Positions 30,472 to 40,959 of a DNA stretch of 64,000 bases are shown here, piece by piece. The DNA comes from an uncultured delta proteobacterium. GTDB lineage: Bacteria; Desulfobacterota; RBG-13-43-22. Numbering within the stretch: the first letter of the stretch is position 1; each line of letters opens with the position of its first letter. Where the stretch lies: assembly GCA_963802945.1 (NCBI GenBank), contig CAWDKY010000032.1, positions 32,001-96,000 of the forward strand. Reading direction: 5' to 3'. Position numbers and translations under genes: made by a program. The notes beneath the pieces were generated by a model. It was given only the letters and a program-made list of their open reading frames with translations. It searched no databases and was not told the DNA's origin.

Positions 30472-32010
30472 TTAATACTTTCCTAAATCTTCTTCGGAAA
30501 TAAGAACTTCTTTGGTTCTTCTGGCCACGATCTTGGCCTGTTGAATAAATTGATACGGTTCAAGGGCCTCTGGGGGAACCTCTTTCACACTAACGCGGAC
30601 GCCCTGCTTACGAAGGGCTTCCTGAACCAATTTTGCATCAAGTTTTTTCGGCGTCACATGATTCTTGACGGCCAGGGCCGCGGCCGTGCCGGCTGCCTGA
30701 CCGGTACAGATAGAAGGTGTACAGTATCTGATGCCGGCAGCGCCAAAAGCACCGGCCGAAATGATAGCGCCGGCGGCCATAAGGTTTTCCACTTCTTTAG
30801 AAACCAAAGAACGGTAAGGAACGTCGTAGGGCAGGATGTCATAAGCAAACCGGCCCGACACTTCATAGACGTCAGGCGGCATATTGCTGATGGCTACAGC
30901 GTCCTCAAATATTTTGCCTTGGCGCATATCCCCGTAGGTCAGAACGTGTTCGCCGATGAGTCTGTGCTGGTTGCCCCATAGGGCGAACTGTGGAAATCGG
31001 TCGATGTAGGAGTTCTCAAATCCGCCGACGTTTTCCTTAAGAGCCTTGTGGATAGCAACAGCCTGCTTCCTCATGTCTATCTCCCCGGCCGTCAGATCTT
31101 TGGTACTCCAGCAGGCTTCGCGCGCCGCGTAAAGCAAGGTCATGATCCAAATCTTACCGCTTTGATGCATATCCCAGTTCTGGGAAACGATAATTTTATC
31201 GACAATAATATATTCTCCCGCTGCTTTTGCCTTGGCGAGGACCTTTGCTGCGCCGTACATGCCGGACCAGTCGTCCTTGTTGGCTACTCGAAAGGCGTCG
31301 AATTTGGTCTGGTCAACGCCTCCGATATAGAATGTGCTCAAATAACCACTCTGGCGGCCTTTGTTTTTTCCGGCAGGATAACCTTCATCGCCGCTGCAGG
31401 GCGCCCTGGATTTCCATATCATGTCCCCTGTACCCGTCGTGTCAACAACTACTTTTCCCAAAACCGCCCTCCGGCCTTCCTTGCCTTCAACGATAACGCC
31501 TTTAAGCAAGTTTTCTTCCCTGATAGCGGCCACGGCAAAGGAATGATATAACAATTTGACGCCTGCTTCGGCCATGAGACCGTCAAGCATATACTTGTAG
31601 TACTCCGGGTCAAAACAATAGCCCCAGCGCCCCCACCAGCCGACTTCGGTTTCAACCATTCGCTTCGGCAATTTATCGGCGCCCAACGTTGCCATAAAAA
31701 CGTCCTTCATCGGGGCTCGTGTTTCCGGAGGCAACTGCTCTGCGGTCAGCATAGCCCCGGCATCTTTGAGACGCCCCAGGAACTCCTGAATGATCCCGGA
31801 ATGCAGTTCAGGATCGACAAAAGCGAACATTGAGTTTTGTCCCTGCGTTTGGAGTCCGCCCAAACTGCCAAACCGGTCTATAAGAATTGTCTGGGCGCCG
31901 GTTCGCGCCGCGGCTAAAGCTGCCCCTATGCCCGACGGCCCGCCGCCGACAACAACGACATCAGCTTCATCAAGAACGCTGATCTCTCGTTGCGGTTCAA
32001 TAATTTTCAT
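30472..32010 (-). CDS. FAD-dependent oxidoreductase (paralog of adjacent gene)
   Basis: DVVVVGGGPSG, DTTGTGD, VPYRSLV, GQAAG; AAGGAG RBS before ATG at 32010. Confidence 0.9.
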   Translation of the reverse strand: MKIIEPQREISVLDEADVVVVGGGPSGIGAALAAARTGAQTILIDRFGSLGGLQTQGQNSMFAFVDPELHSGIIQEFLGRLKDAGAMLTAEQLPPETRAPMKDVFMATLGADKLPKRMVETEVGWWGRWGYCFDPEYYKYMLDGLMAEAGVKLLYHSFAVAAIREENLLKGVIVEGKEGRRAVLGKVVVDTTGTGDMIWKSRAPCSGDEGYPAGKNKGRQSGYLSTFYIGGVDQTKFDAFRVANKDDWSGMYGAAKVLAKAKAAGEYIIVDKIIVSQNWDMHQSGKIWIMTLLYAAREACWSTKDLTAGEIDMRKQAVAIHKALKENVGGFENSYIDRFPQFALWGNQHRLIGEHVLTYGDMRQGKIFEDAVAISNMPPDVYEVSGRFAYDILPYDVPYRSLVSKEVENLMAAGAIISAGAFGAAGIRYCTPSICTGQAAGTAAALAVKNHVTPKKLDAKLVQEALRKQGVRVSVKEVPPEALEPYQFIQQAKIVARRTKEVLISEEDLGKY

Positions 32011-32025
32011 ACCACACTCCTTTGA

Positions 32026-32087
32026 GAAGAATTTCTGTTTTGATGGAAAAACTTTAAACTTAGAAAAAGGCGGGGTCAAGGAGAAAA
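32026..32087 (-). promoter_or_regulatory. Repeated promoter cassette, copy A
   Basis: TTGACC(32079-74)-17bp-TAAAGT(32056-51) plus shared leader. Confidence 0.7.
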
Positions 32088-32107
32088 TAGGAAGATGAAT
32101 CCTAGAT

Positions 32108-32169
32108 TAAATCCTGATCAGAGGCATTCTCATTTTATTTTTGACCAAACCCTCAAGAGACGTTACTAT
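32108..32169 (+). promoter_or_regulatory. Divergent promoter block, copy 1
   Basis: taaatcctgatcagaggcat, then TTGACC-17bp-TACTAT; homologous to 35268-35334. Confidence 0.65.
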
Positions 32170-32466
32170 GGAAACCGCAATAGCAAACCATTTGTTCGCT
32201 CTGGTCGGGGATATGGGAGGTTATGCCACCAGTCAATCTAAGGTACCAACAAAACACAGGAATACCACGCCAGTAGTCGCTTCTGACGAGTTCAATACAC
32301 CAGCAACTAGGGTATGGTTCACTTCAGTTATCGCACGGGTTATACTATATGAGCCAATACTATCACGGCAGAGCCTTGGACATCATTGGAAGGGGTAATG
32401 GCCGACTCGCGTCGAAACTTATTTGCTAAAATAAGTATCTTTTGCCTGAAGCTTGATGTCATAACC

Positions 32467-32922
32467 CTACTTTTTCACCCGCCTGGTAGCTTTCTCTTCA
32501 AGAAGCCTTCTGATCTCCCGACGACCAAGCTTCCTCAAGGCTACCAGCACCCTTTTCTTCTCGTCCTTCGGCTTAAACTTCCCTATCTCCCACAGGTGCG
32601 CAGCCCCAACCGAAACGCCGGCCAGCACAGCTAACTCCTTCTGGGAAATGCCCAAGTGCCTACGGAGGCTTCGAATCAACCCAGGAGAAAGCCGAGAGGC
32701 TTTTACTTCTTCAGGTGATGCTTCCAATATTCTCTCTCTTATCCCCGATACTTTTTGCTGATGAGCTGTAGATCGCTCGAGCAGTAAAACAATCTTACGA
32801 AGTTGGGAGACCTTGTTTTTCAAAAGCCGAATATCTCGAGCCAGGGGAGCTGACGTCTTATGGATCTCCCTCTTGGTCAAACGTTGAATCTCTGATTTCA
32901 TAATGGATTCCATCTTGCCCAT
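32467..32922 (-). CDS. Coiled-coil plus XRE-type HTH protein
   Basis: IRSLRRHLGISQKELA..VS..WE.GK..P; GGAGG RBS. Confidence 0.8.
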   Translation of the reverse strand: MGKMESIMKSEIQRLTKREIHKTSAPLARDIRLLKNKVSQLRKIVLLLERSTAHQQKVSGIRERILEASPEEVKASRLSPGLIRSLRRHLGISQKELAVLAGVSVGAAHLWEIGKFKPKDEKKRVLVALRKLGRREIRRLLEEKATRRVKK

Positions 32923-33052
32923 GCATTCCTCCTCTCAGACAGTGCCCGGTTGGTTTACAAGGTTATTTTTGATAGAGATTATGATAGATTTTTAGTTATC
33001 AGGAAGTCCCTCTTGGGCTAATAAGCCCATATAAAAGAGATCTTATTTTCTT

Positions 33053-33113
33053 AAAGGAGTGGTTTTTCACTGGATAGAGTATAGGATAAGAAAAAAACCG
33101 GGTCAAGGAGAAA
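33053..33113 (-). promoter_or_regulatory. Repeated promoter cassette, copy B (diverged)
   Basis: TTGACC(33106-01)-17bp-TATACT(33083-78). Confidence 0.65.
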
Positions 33114-33479
33114 GACAGGGATAGAGGATATCTCGGTAGAAAATGAAAAAGCTTTCCCCAAAAATTAAAAATTACGAAAGAAACCCCCAAATTTCCCCAA
33201 ACATGGTCTCTCCTGACCGAACTCAGCGAGTACACCTCCTAATGGTTGACATTAGCATGTATTTGAATTAGCGATTACGGGTTGAAATAGACAATCCGAT
33301 TCATTGGACCTTGGAGCGGACTAAAGAATAAATTTCTCAAAGGGGTCTTCGATCATAGAGAAAATATCTCCACAGAATTTTGGGAATATCGAATACGAAA
33401 GGCCTATGAGGGATCTCGGGCAACTGATCTATCTATCAACGTATTGGAAAAAGAGTGGCCCCGGAAATTTCCAGCACCT

Positions 33480-34517
33480 TCATGCTTTCAGCTTTTCAAC
33501 GACATCTCGAAGCTTTTTAAAAAGTTCTCCCTCACGTTCCGCGCAGGTAAGCATTAACTCGCTGGCCTTATCAAAATTGTCTCCGGACTGGCCTCGCTGT
33601 TTGATGATGCGCACAGCGATGACGGCAAAATGACGCCATAAATCTCCAATAGAAGTCATTTCCTGCGATAATCGGGCAAGATCATCAGAGCCGCTAAAAA
33701 GATCAGAGGCTTCCTGAAGAAAGGCCGCATACATAAAGCGAAATCCGGCGCCGCCTGTTCCTATTTCTTCCTGCATACGAATGAGATGAGCCAGTTGCCG
33801 GCAGGCTTCATTAAAACCAAACTTGTCCGGACTATCTTTAATCTTTTTAGCCAAATAACGTATGCCCCGTATGCCAAAAAGGGGCAAAGGAATTCTCAGC
33901 ATCATGTTGCAGGTATCCTTCATACCCTTGATACAGGCTGTGCGCAGATCAGGATTAGGCCGGACGGTTTTCAGATAATACATTAAACCACGCGGCTCCA
34001 GCGGCCCGCGCGCGAAACGCGCCCTTTCCAGATCTTCCGCCAGACAATCTACCGGGTGATCCAATATCGGGTCGCTCAAGCGGAAACCGTTTTCAATCTC
34101 ATGCAGAACAATCAAGTTGTGTCCGTTAAAATTAAAACGAAAACGTTTTGGAAAATAGGAAAGCCAGTAGATGTTGGTCTTCACTGCGACAACCTGTCCG
34201 GTTCGAAGTACGCGACGCAGTTCATCCATGCCTTTTTGGGGATTGCGAAAACGCTTAAAGACGAATTTTCCCCCCAGTCTTGTGGTAGCTTTGCGGAAGA
34301 TGGCTCCCGCCTGCGTCCTGTAAGTGCTGAGTGGCATCCCGACCCATTTAATAAACGGCAGATGGCCGAAAAAAATGCCGCTCCCAATGCCGAAAGCCAT
34401 GGGTTCGGAAATATCCACGCCCTCATGACGAAACAGAGCGGATGTAACGCCGGATTCGCAATGGGCAGAAAAACGATGGATAAAAGGTTTGCCGTTGATT
34501 ATGATTTCTGTCGTCAT
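33480..34517 (-). CDS. BtrH N-terminal domain (papain-like) protein
   Basis: AHCESG, SEPMAFGIGSG, FNGHN, EEIGTGGAGFRFMYAAFL motifs. Confidence 0.82.
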   Translation of the reverse strand: MTTEIIINGKPFIHRFSAHCESGVTSALFRHEGVDISEPMAFGIGSGIFFGHLPFIKWVGMPLSTYRTQAGAIFRKATTRLGGKFVFKRFRNPQKGMDELRRVLRTGQVVAVKTNIYWLSYFPKRFRFNFNGHNLIVLHEIENGFRLSDPILDHPVDCLAEDLERARFARGPLEPRGLMYYLKTVRPNPDLRTACIKGMKDTCNMMLRIPLPLFGIRGIRYLAKKIKDSPDKFGFNEACRQLAHLIRMQEEIGTGGAGFRFMYAAFLQEASDLFSGSDDLARLSQEMTSIGDLWRHFAVIAVRIIKQRGQSGDNFDKASELMLTCAEREGELFKKLRDVVEKLKA

Positions 34518-34536
34518 GAATAAATGAGTACCTTCC

Positions 34537-34944
34537 TTATACTTGATCAGGCACGGTTTTCAACTCTTCCAGAGTAATGGCCAACACTTTTGCGTATTGG
34601 ACTAAAACCGATAATTTAAGTTTTCTAAAAATATGCGGGCGGAAATGCCTCTTGACTCTGAATTTGGCTATGCCCGCTGTCTTAGCCAGAATCTTCGGGT
34701 TCATCTGACGCCGTTCCATATGGTAAACCAGCGGGCTTTTCATGCCCGCGAGTACGGCTTTTCTGGTTTCCTCCAAATTGGCCGCCAATTCATCTACAGC
34801 GAGGCCGTTAATTTCTTCTTCTGCCTTCCAGCCGATACTGGGCACAATGACATATTTCCCCTCATCATTGACAGCGTAACAGGCACGTTTTTGGTCTTCA
34901 TAATATTGAGGAACGTCATCCTGTGGAACTTCATTTGTTTTCAT
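34537..34944 (-). CDS. Conserved hypothetical protein (EVPQD N-terminus, HTH-like C-terminus)
   Basis: MKTNEVPQD, YAVN, S.GW, SPL.Y.M, VKRH..P; recalled as a common neighbour of BtrH-N genes. Confidence 0.7.
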   Translation of the reverse strand: MKTNEVPQDDVPQYYEDQKRACYAVNDEGKYVIVPSIGWKAEEEINGLAVDELAANLEETRKAVLAGMKSPLVYHMERRQMNPKILAKTAGIAKFRVKRHFRPHIFRKLKLSVLVQYAKVLAITLEELKTVPDQV

Positions 34945-35074
34945 GGTCGGTTTCTTTCAATAATAGTGACCTTTTCCGTCTAAACGTATTTTTTTATACT
35001 AAAATAGATACAACGCAAAGCAAAATTCTGTTACAATAATTACTCATTATTTTATTAATAATCTCAATTAATTT

Positions 35075-35190
35075 ATAAGAAGTTGCTTTTTGATGGGAAG
35101 AGTATAAGGAAAGAAGAAGACACGGTCAAGGATAAAAATAGGGCGGAAGGCAAGGGGACAAGGGGGGACTTTAAAGAAAATGGGACTATA
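35075..35190 (-). promoter_or_regulatory. Repeated promoter cassette, copy C (long form)
   Basis: TTGACC(35129-24)-17bp-TATACT(35106-01); about 115 bp aligns with 50672-50786. Confidence 0.75.
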
Positions 35191-35267
35191 CAGGTCTGGA
35201 CTGTACAGATAAAAGTCGATAATAGGAAAAGGAAATCCGGCTCCCAATTTCTTACAGATTTTTCCCT

Positions 35268-35334
35268 TTAAATCCTGATCAGAGGCATCCATCCTTATTT
35301 TCCTTTTGACGAAAGCCCCGGGAGGCGTTAGTAT
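35268..35334 (+). promoter_or_regulatory. Divergent promoter block, copy 2 (upstream of parA-like gene)
   Basis: taaatcctgatcagaggcat, then TTGACG-17bp-TAGTAT. Confidence 0.65.
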
Positions 35335-35400
35335 AAAACAAATTCAAAGAACACCTGATCAAAATTCAAAAGGTTTGTTAGCTGTTAGCTGGAGACCAAC

Positions 35401-36153
35401 ATGAAACCCATCATTTTCTCCGTAATGAATCACAAGGGCGGTGTGGGCAAGACGACGACCGCAGTCAGTCTGGCCGCGGGGTGGGTGGAAAACGGTCGCC
35501 GGGTCCTATTGATCGATCATGATCCACAGGGCAGCGCCAGTCTGTCCCTGGGTATTGCAACCGACGGCCAGGACCTGATGAAGGCCCTGACCGCCTCAAC
35601 CGCGCTGCCGGTAGCGGAAACCGGACTTCCCGGTTTGTATCTGGTGCCTTCCGGGCAGGGACTGGTGGAGGCCCGCCAGCGTTTCAGCGGGGCCCTCGGG
35701 CTGGAACTACTGCGGAGATGCCTAGAGCGCACGCCCTGGGATTGGGACCGGGTAATCATCGACTGCCCACCCGGAGAGGAAATCCTGACCCTGGGGGCCC
35801 TGCGGACTTCCCGGTATGTCCTTATTCCCGTAGAAGTCCACTATCTGGGCCTGAATGGGATAAACCAGATCCATAAAACCATCTCCGCCGTCCAACGGGA
35901 TAACCCTCTCCTGGAAATCGGGGCGGTCATCCCCTGCCGGTCCCATCCTCGTAGAATAATCCACAGGGTAATCATGGAGAAATTGGAAACGCTTTTTCCA
36001 GGGAAGGTAGCTCCCGGGGTACGGGAATGCGTTTCCCTGGCGGAAGTCCCGGCCTCCGGGATGTCCATTTTTCAGTATGCCCCCTGGTCCAATGGGGCCG
36101 CCGATTACCTGGAAGTGATCCGCTGGCTGGAAGGCCGGTTGAAAGGCTCTTGA
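35401..36153 (+). CDS. ParA/Soj family ATPase (orphan)
   Basis: KGGVGKTT, DHDPQG and IIDCPP motifs. Confidence 0.9.
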   Translation: MKPIIFSVMNHKGGVGKTTTAVSLAAGWVENGRRVLLIDHDPQGSASLSLGIATDGQDLMKALTASTALPVAETGLPGLYLVPSGQGLVEARQRFSGALGLELLRRCLERTPWDWDRVIIDCPPGEEILTLGALRTSRYVLIPVEVHYLGLNGINQIHKTISAVQRDNPLLEIGAVIPCRSHPRRIIHRVIMEKLETLFPGKVAPGVRECVSLAEVPASGMSIFQYAPWSNGAADYLEVIRWLEGRLKGS

Positions 36154-37023
36154 CCAGCTTTTCCTCCCAGGTACCGGTAAGCAGAGGATGAGGGAAGGCT
36201 GGATCCGCCTGACCGCTATAGTTTTAAGAAAATACATGGACCAAAAAATTCAAAAGCACCTCCTCTTGGGTGTCAGTTCTCTACTTTATCCTTTTTATGC
36301 TTTTATTGATACAAGTTAGAATCAACGTCCTTTATTACGGGACTATGCGTGTCTAAACTTCAAAATAGAAGGAGATAAGAGGAACAGAAGAGGCAGACTT
36401 TCAAAATTTGGACGAACTACCCCCTCGGTGATTTTCTAATTTTCAACCAAAAAAATGATACCTACCTATCTTGATAGTTTTGAGCCAAAAAACGGCTCTT
36501 AAAAACGATCAAATCCGCACTTTCCCGGCAGGTATCCCATGGTCAGTTTTAAGGGTAGTTTTAGGAGGGTCAATTGCAACGTTGTGTTGGGGACTTCACC
36601 TACTACTACACAGAATCAAAGCGCTAATAATTTATCAATTACCAATGGAAATATGGATGAAATAGTTAGACTACCTACGGGTTTTGAACTTGAGCTGTCA
36701 TCACTCCTTTTTTAGCCAAAGCCGTCTCCTTCCTTTGGGCTAACTCAGAGCTTATCACATGTTCAGTCGGTCCAACGACCTGGGGTTCACCCCTCGGCTC
36801 TGCCGGATGTCAAGTGACTTTTTTAAACTCATATGTTCCAGAAAGATTAAAAAAATATATGTTCACTGTCATTCCACTAAGTTAAAAGGGTCGTTGGCAT
36901 TATCAAAATTTTTAAACTCGCAATTCACAACCGTAATGGTCATATCTGCATTATTACTTCTTTGTCCCTTGGCATCCACTACAAATCAAATTATGGGGTT
37001 CAAGGTTTGGCCTTTTGCGACCT

Positions 37024-37776
37024 TTAGGGGCGGTTGATCAGGTTGGCCAGGTACCCGGCCCCAAAGCCGTTGTCTATATTGACCACGGCCACGCCCGAGG
37101 CGCAGGAATTGAGCATCCCGAGCAGGGCGGCCAGGCCGTTGAAGCTGGCCCCGTAACCTATGCTGGTGGGAACGGCAATGACCGGACGTTCCACTAAGCC
37201 CCCCACTACGCTGGGCAGGGCCCCTTCCATCCCGGCCACCACAATCAAGACCGAAGCCGACAAGATCTTTTCCTGATTGGCCATCAGGCGGTGCAATCCG
37301 GAAATCCCTACGTCATATAGGTACTCCGTAGGATTGCCCATGATTTGGGCTGTAAGCATAGCTTCTTCGGCCACCGGCATATCGGATGTCCCGGCTGAAA
37401 TAACCAGGACCAGCCCACGGCCTGGCAATGTTTTAACCGGTTTGGAAAGACAGGTTAAGACCCTGGAAAGGGGATGATAGACAGCCTCGGGAAATCGCTT
37501 GCAAACTAGAGCGGCCTTTTGAGCATCCAGCCGGGTGACCAGGATGTTTTCCTTGTTTTTTTTCATCCGACCCATGATTTCTATGATCTGTTTGGCTGTC
37601 TTCCCTTCGCCGAAAATGACTTCCGGAAATCCCTGGCGCAAAGAACGATGGTGGTCGATTCGGGCAAAGTCAATATCTTCAAAAGGAAGGTATTTCATTT
37701 TTTTCACGGCCTGATCAACAGACACCTTTCCATTCTTGACCTGGTTTAAGAGTTCTTTTAAACGGTCCGGATTCAT
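37024..37776 (-). CDS. larB: Nickel pincer cofactor biosynthesis protein LarB
   Basis: RQGFPEVIFGEGK, AGTSD, AGMEGALPS, PTSIGYG, VNIDNGFGA motifs. Confidence 0.93.
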   Translation of the reverse strand: MNPDRLKELLNQVKNGKVSVDQAVKKMKYLPFEDIDFARIDHHRSLRQGFPEVIFGEGKTAKQIIEIMGRMKKNKENILVTRLDAQKAALVCKRFPEAVYHPLSRVLTCLSKPVKTLPGRGLVLVISAGTSDMPVAEEAMLTAQIMGNPTEYLYDVGISGLHRLMANQEKILSASVLIVVAGMEGALPSVVGGLVERPVIAVPTSIGYGASFNGLAALLGMLNSCASGVAVVNIDNGFGAGYLANLINRP

Positions 37777-37901
37777 TTTTTCTCCCTTTAAAATTCCCCA
37801 AGTTCGGGGCTTTCCGAATCATTTGGGAATTGGTTTGATTTTAAGTTCCTGTTCAGTTAGAATACATGGGTTCTCATATTCTGTCAAATGGTTCGGTTGG
37901 T

Positions 37902-38815
37902 ATGCAAAATCCTCTTTCCTGGATCGAGGTCTGTCTGACGGTTTCCCCGCAGTTGTGCGAGGCCTGCAGTTCGATCATCTTTGAAGAAACCGGTCAGGGC
38001 TCTTTTACGGAAGACCATCAGGACGAAGGCCAAGAAATGTCCAGGCTCAAGACTTATTTCCCCAGGGATGAGTCGTTCCGGGACAATCTGTTAAAACTGA
38101 AAAAAAGAATTTTCTTTTTATATGCTCATTTCCCGGATTTTCCTCCCCCGACCTGGGCATTCAGCCAGATCTTTGAAGAGAACTGGCAGGAAAACTGGAA
38201 GCAATTTTTTAAACCTCTGCGGGTATGTTCCAACATCATCGTCTGTCCAACCTGGGAAAGGTATGAACCTGAATTGGGAGAGATCGTTTTGAGGCTTGAT
38301 CCCGGCCAGGCCTTCGGCACAGGCGGCCATGCCACTACCCGCCTTTGTTTGAAGGCCATGGAATCATTGGCCGAAGACCCTAGACAGAAGGACTTTCTTT
38401 TTTCAAGGGTCCTGGATGTAGGTACGGGAAGCGGCATCCTGGCCCTGGCCGCCGCCTGTTTTCAGGCCGGATCGGTATTGGCGATTGACAACGATCCCCT
38501 GGCCGTAGAAGCCGCCCGTGAGCATGTGCATCTGAATAAAATGGAAACACGAATCCAGGTGGAATTGGCTACACCGGAAACAGTGTCCGGCCCCTTTTCA
38601 TTGATACTGGCCAATCTGACCCTTAATGATCTGGTCCCTCTGACCCCGGTTTTTAAAAATCTGCTGTCTCCTAATGGGGTCCTGGTGACCTCAGGGGTCC
38701 TGGGCTTTCAATCCCGGGACTTGATCAGGGCCTTTGCCAAGGGAAAATACCATTGAGGACCTTGGTCCTGGAAGAGGAATGGGCCTGTATCATTTTTGGG
38801 GAATCCAGAATATAG
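37902..38815 (+). CDS. prmA: Ribosomal protein L11 methyltransferase; frameshift near 38742
   Basis: DPGQAFGTGGH.TT, VLDVGTGSGILA, D.DP; EEEW C-terminus lies in a shifted frame ending at 38815. Confidence 0.9.
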
Positions 38816-38844
38816 GGAACAGGATCAGAAAAAAACCAACTTCT

Positions 38845-39594
38845 ATGCGACGATTTTTTATCCCACCTGAACAGCTCCTTGCCCCGGATCCGTATTTACA
38901 AGGAGATGAAGCCAGACATCTTTTGCAGGTACTGCGGATGAAGGTCGGAGACCAGGTCATGCTCTTTGACAATTCCAATCAGCAATATCAGGCCCGGATC
39001 AGCTCCATATCCGGGGACAAGGTTCATTTTGAAATTTTGGACCGACAGACCATCAGGAGGGAATCCCCCATCCAGATCATCCTCGGTTTGCCTTTGATTC
39101 GGTCCCAACCCTTTGAGTGGATGCTGCAAAAGGGTACGGAATTAGGGGTGGCGACCTTCCGTCCCTTTTATTCCGTCCACAGCCGTCGAAATTTTGAGAA
39201 AGCAGAAATGGAATCCCGTATGAAGCGTTGGCAACGGATTATCGTGGAGGCGGCCAAACAATGTGAGAGGAATGTCCTGCCCAAACTTTTTCCCGCTGTC
39301 TCCTTCACAGATATTCTCGAAGAAGAGCAAGAAGCCATCAAGATCATTCCCTATGAAGAAGAATCTTCCCGGACTTTGAAAGACCTTGAACGGCAACCAT
39401 CCCCCTCGGGCTCTGTTTTGGCCTTGATAGGACCCGAAGGGGGGTTTCATCAAGATGAAGTACAAGAGGCCCAGCTAAAAGGGTTTGTCCCCATTTCTTT
39501 GGGCCCCAGAACTTTACGATCAGAAACCGCTGCCCTGGCCCTGATCTGCCTGTTTCAATTCCTTTGGGGAGATATGGGAACAGGGAAAACCTGA
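38845..39594 (+). CDS. rsmE: 16S rRNA m3U1498 methyltransferase
   Basis: MRRFF, HLLQVLR, KGTELG, IGPEGG, LGPRTLRSETA motifs. Confidence 0.95.
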   Translation: MRRFFIPPEQLLAPDPYLQGDEARHLLQVLRMKVGDQVMLFDNSNQQYQARISSISGDKVHFEILDRQTIRRESPIQIILGLPLIRSQPFEWMLQKGTELGVATFRPFYSVHSRRNFEKAEMESRMKRWQRIIVEAAKQCERNVLPKLFPAVSFTDILEEEQEAIKIIPYEEESSRTLKDLERQPSPSGSVLALIGPEGGFHQDEVQEAQLKGFVPISLGPRTLRSETAALALICLFQFLWGDMGTGKT

Positions 39595-39667
39595 TTCAGG
39601 GGATTTGAAGTTATTATCTCCAATCTGATCCGCCGGAGTTGAAGGGCTGTTGAAGTCCGATCGACCG

Positions 39668-39741
39668 AGACTGGATTCTGGATACTGGATATCGGATATT
39701 TATCAAGCATCCAGTATCGGTTTTTGGTTTTATCCAGTATC
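39668..39741. repeat. Heptamer inverted array (CTGGATA / ATCCAGT)
   Basis: ctggattctggatactggatatcggata .. atccagtatcgg .. atccagtatc. Confidence 0.7.
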
Positions 39742-39838
39742 ACTCTATAAACACTTTTGCCCCCAAGCAGTTCGAAAATTGGGGATAAATTCTCAGATTT
39801 AAGCTATAAGAATTTTATTGTTATTCAAGGAGGAAATC

Positions 39839-40231
39839 ATGCGCTGTCCTAATTGTGGCTATGTCAGTTTTGATTACCTGGATCGATGTGCCAAATGCAA
39901 CGCCGATTTGACCGGGGAAAGGCGAAGGCTGAACCTTCCGGGGAGACAACCAAACCCGATTTCCTTGCAGAAAATCATGGAACGAGTGCCGATCATGACC
40001 CAAAAAGAAAAAGGGCAAGAAAGGGAAGCTTCGACCGGCAAACCCCAAGGGCCGCTTACTTCCAACGAACCCAGGATCGACCTGGATCAAGGGCTTCCTC
40101 TGGATATATCATCCTCTTCGGATCTGAAAGCTGCTCCTCAGAAATCAAAAATCCCCTCCCAGGAAGAGGGCGGATTGGAATTATCGTTGGAAGGGTTGGA
40201 AGCCATTATTACTCCTGAAAAAAAGAAGTAA
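39839..40231 (+). CDS. Zinc-ribbon hypothetical protein
   Basis: MRCPNCGYVSFDYLDRCAKC; AAGGAGG RBS. Confidence 0.75.
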   Translation: MRCPNCGYVSFDYLDRCAKCNADLTGERRRLNLPGRQPNPISLQKIMERVPIMTQKEKGQEREASTGKPQGPLTSNEPRIDLDQGLPLDISSSSDLKAAPQKSKIPSQEEGGLELSLEGLEAIITPEKKK

Positions 40232-40299
40232 TATTGAATTCACTAATTCAGGTTTTTTTTCTTGACAAATTATTTGGAAACGTTTAATTCTCCATGTGT

Positions 40300-40375
<76 letters not shown>

Positions 40376-40959
40376 CGGATGCCTGTTGATTCCCGGTCAA
40401 CAGGAGTCAAAGTCTTTTCAATATACCTCCGCTTCAAATCGACTGATAACATCAAAAGAGATCTCTCGTTTAAGTGTGCTGAGCCAATTTTCGGTCACAC
40501 ACAAAAAAACAAAGTTGTCCCTCTCGGGAAAGACGATCCCCTGCTTGATAACGCCCTCTCATTACAAAATATTTTCCGACCGGTGTAGCTATTAAGGGTC
40601 CCCAAAAAATATTGACCCAATTTGGCTGTCTGGCCCCATCTAAGGCGAACCCACCTATTTTTATGTCAAGAATATTAGGAGACTTTTAATAAAAGGGTGG
40701 GGTGTCTCTTTGTTTTATCTTTCCTGGGTAGAGAAAAAAAGAAACGAGAATTTGTCGGACAGATGTGAATTTTGAGATGTTTTCATTATTGAACGAATAA
40801 GTCTTTTTTTTCAATTAGAATTTAAAAAATTCATTGACATTATTTTTTTAATATTTTAACAATTAGACCAAAAAAAGACCATAGCTGTTCCCCTATCATT
40901 AACCACCCGAATTTCCTGAAAGAGATCTGGCTTGCCTCTTTTAGTTTATAAGGTAATCT

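Noticed and set aside
33300-33478. Protein-like open stretch (..EFWEYRIRKAYEGSRATDLSINVLEKEWPRKFP) on the plus strand
   Set aside because: No start codon or RBS and no family I can name; possibly a remnant, but not supportable without BLASTX
37024-37776. Complete lactate racemase (lar) system
   Set aside because: Only larB is present; scattered lar genes are common and nothing else here supports a cluster
38740-38815. TGA read-through (Sec) at the end of prmA
   Set aside because: The conserved EEEW tail is in a different frame, so this is a one-base indel rather than an in-frame TGA
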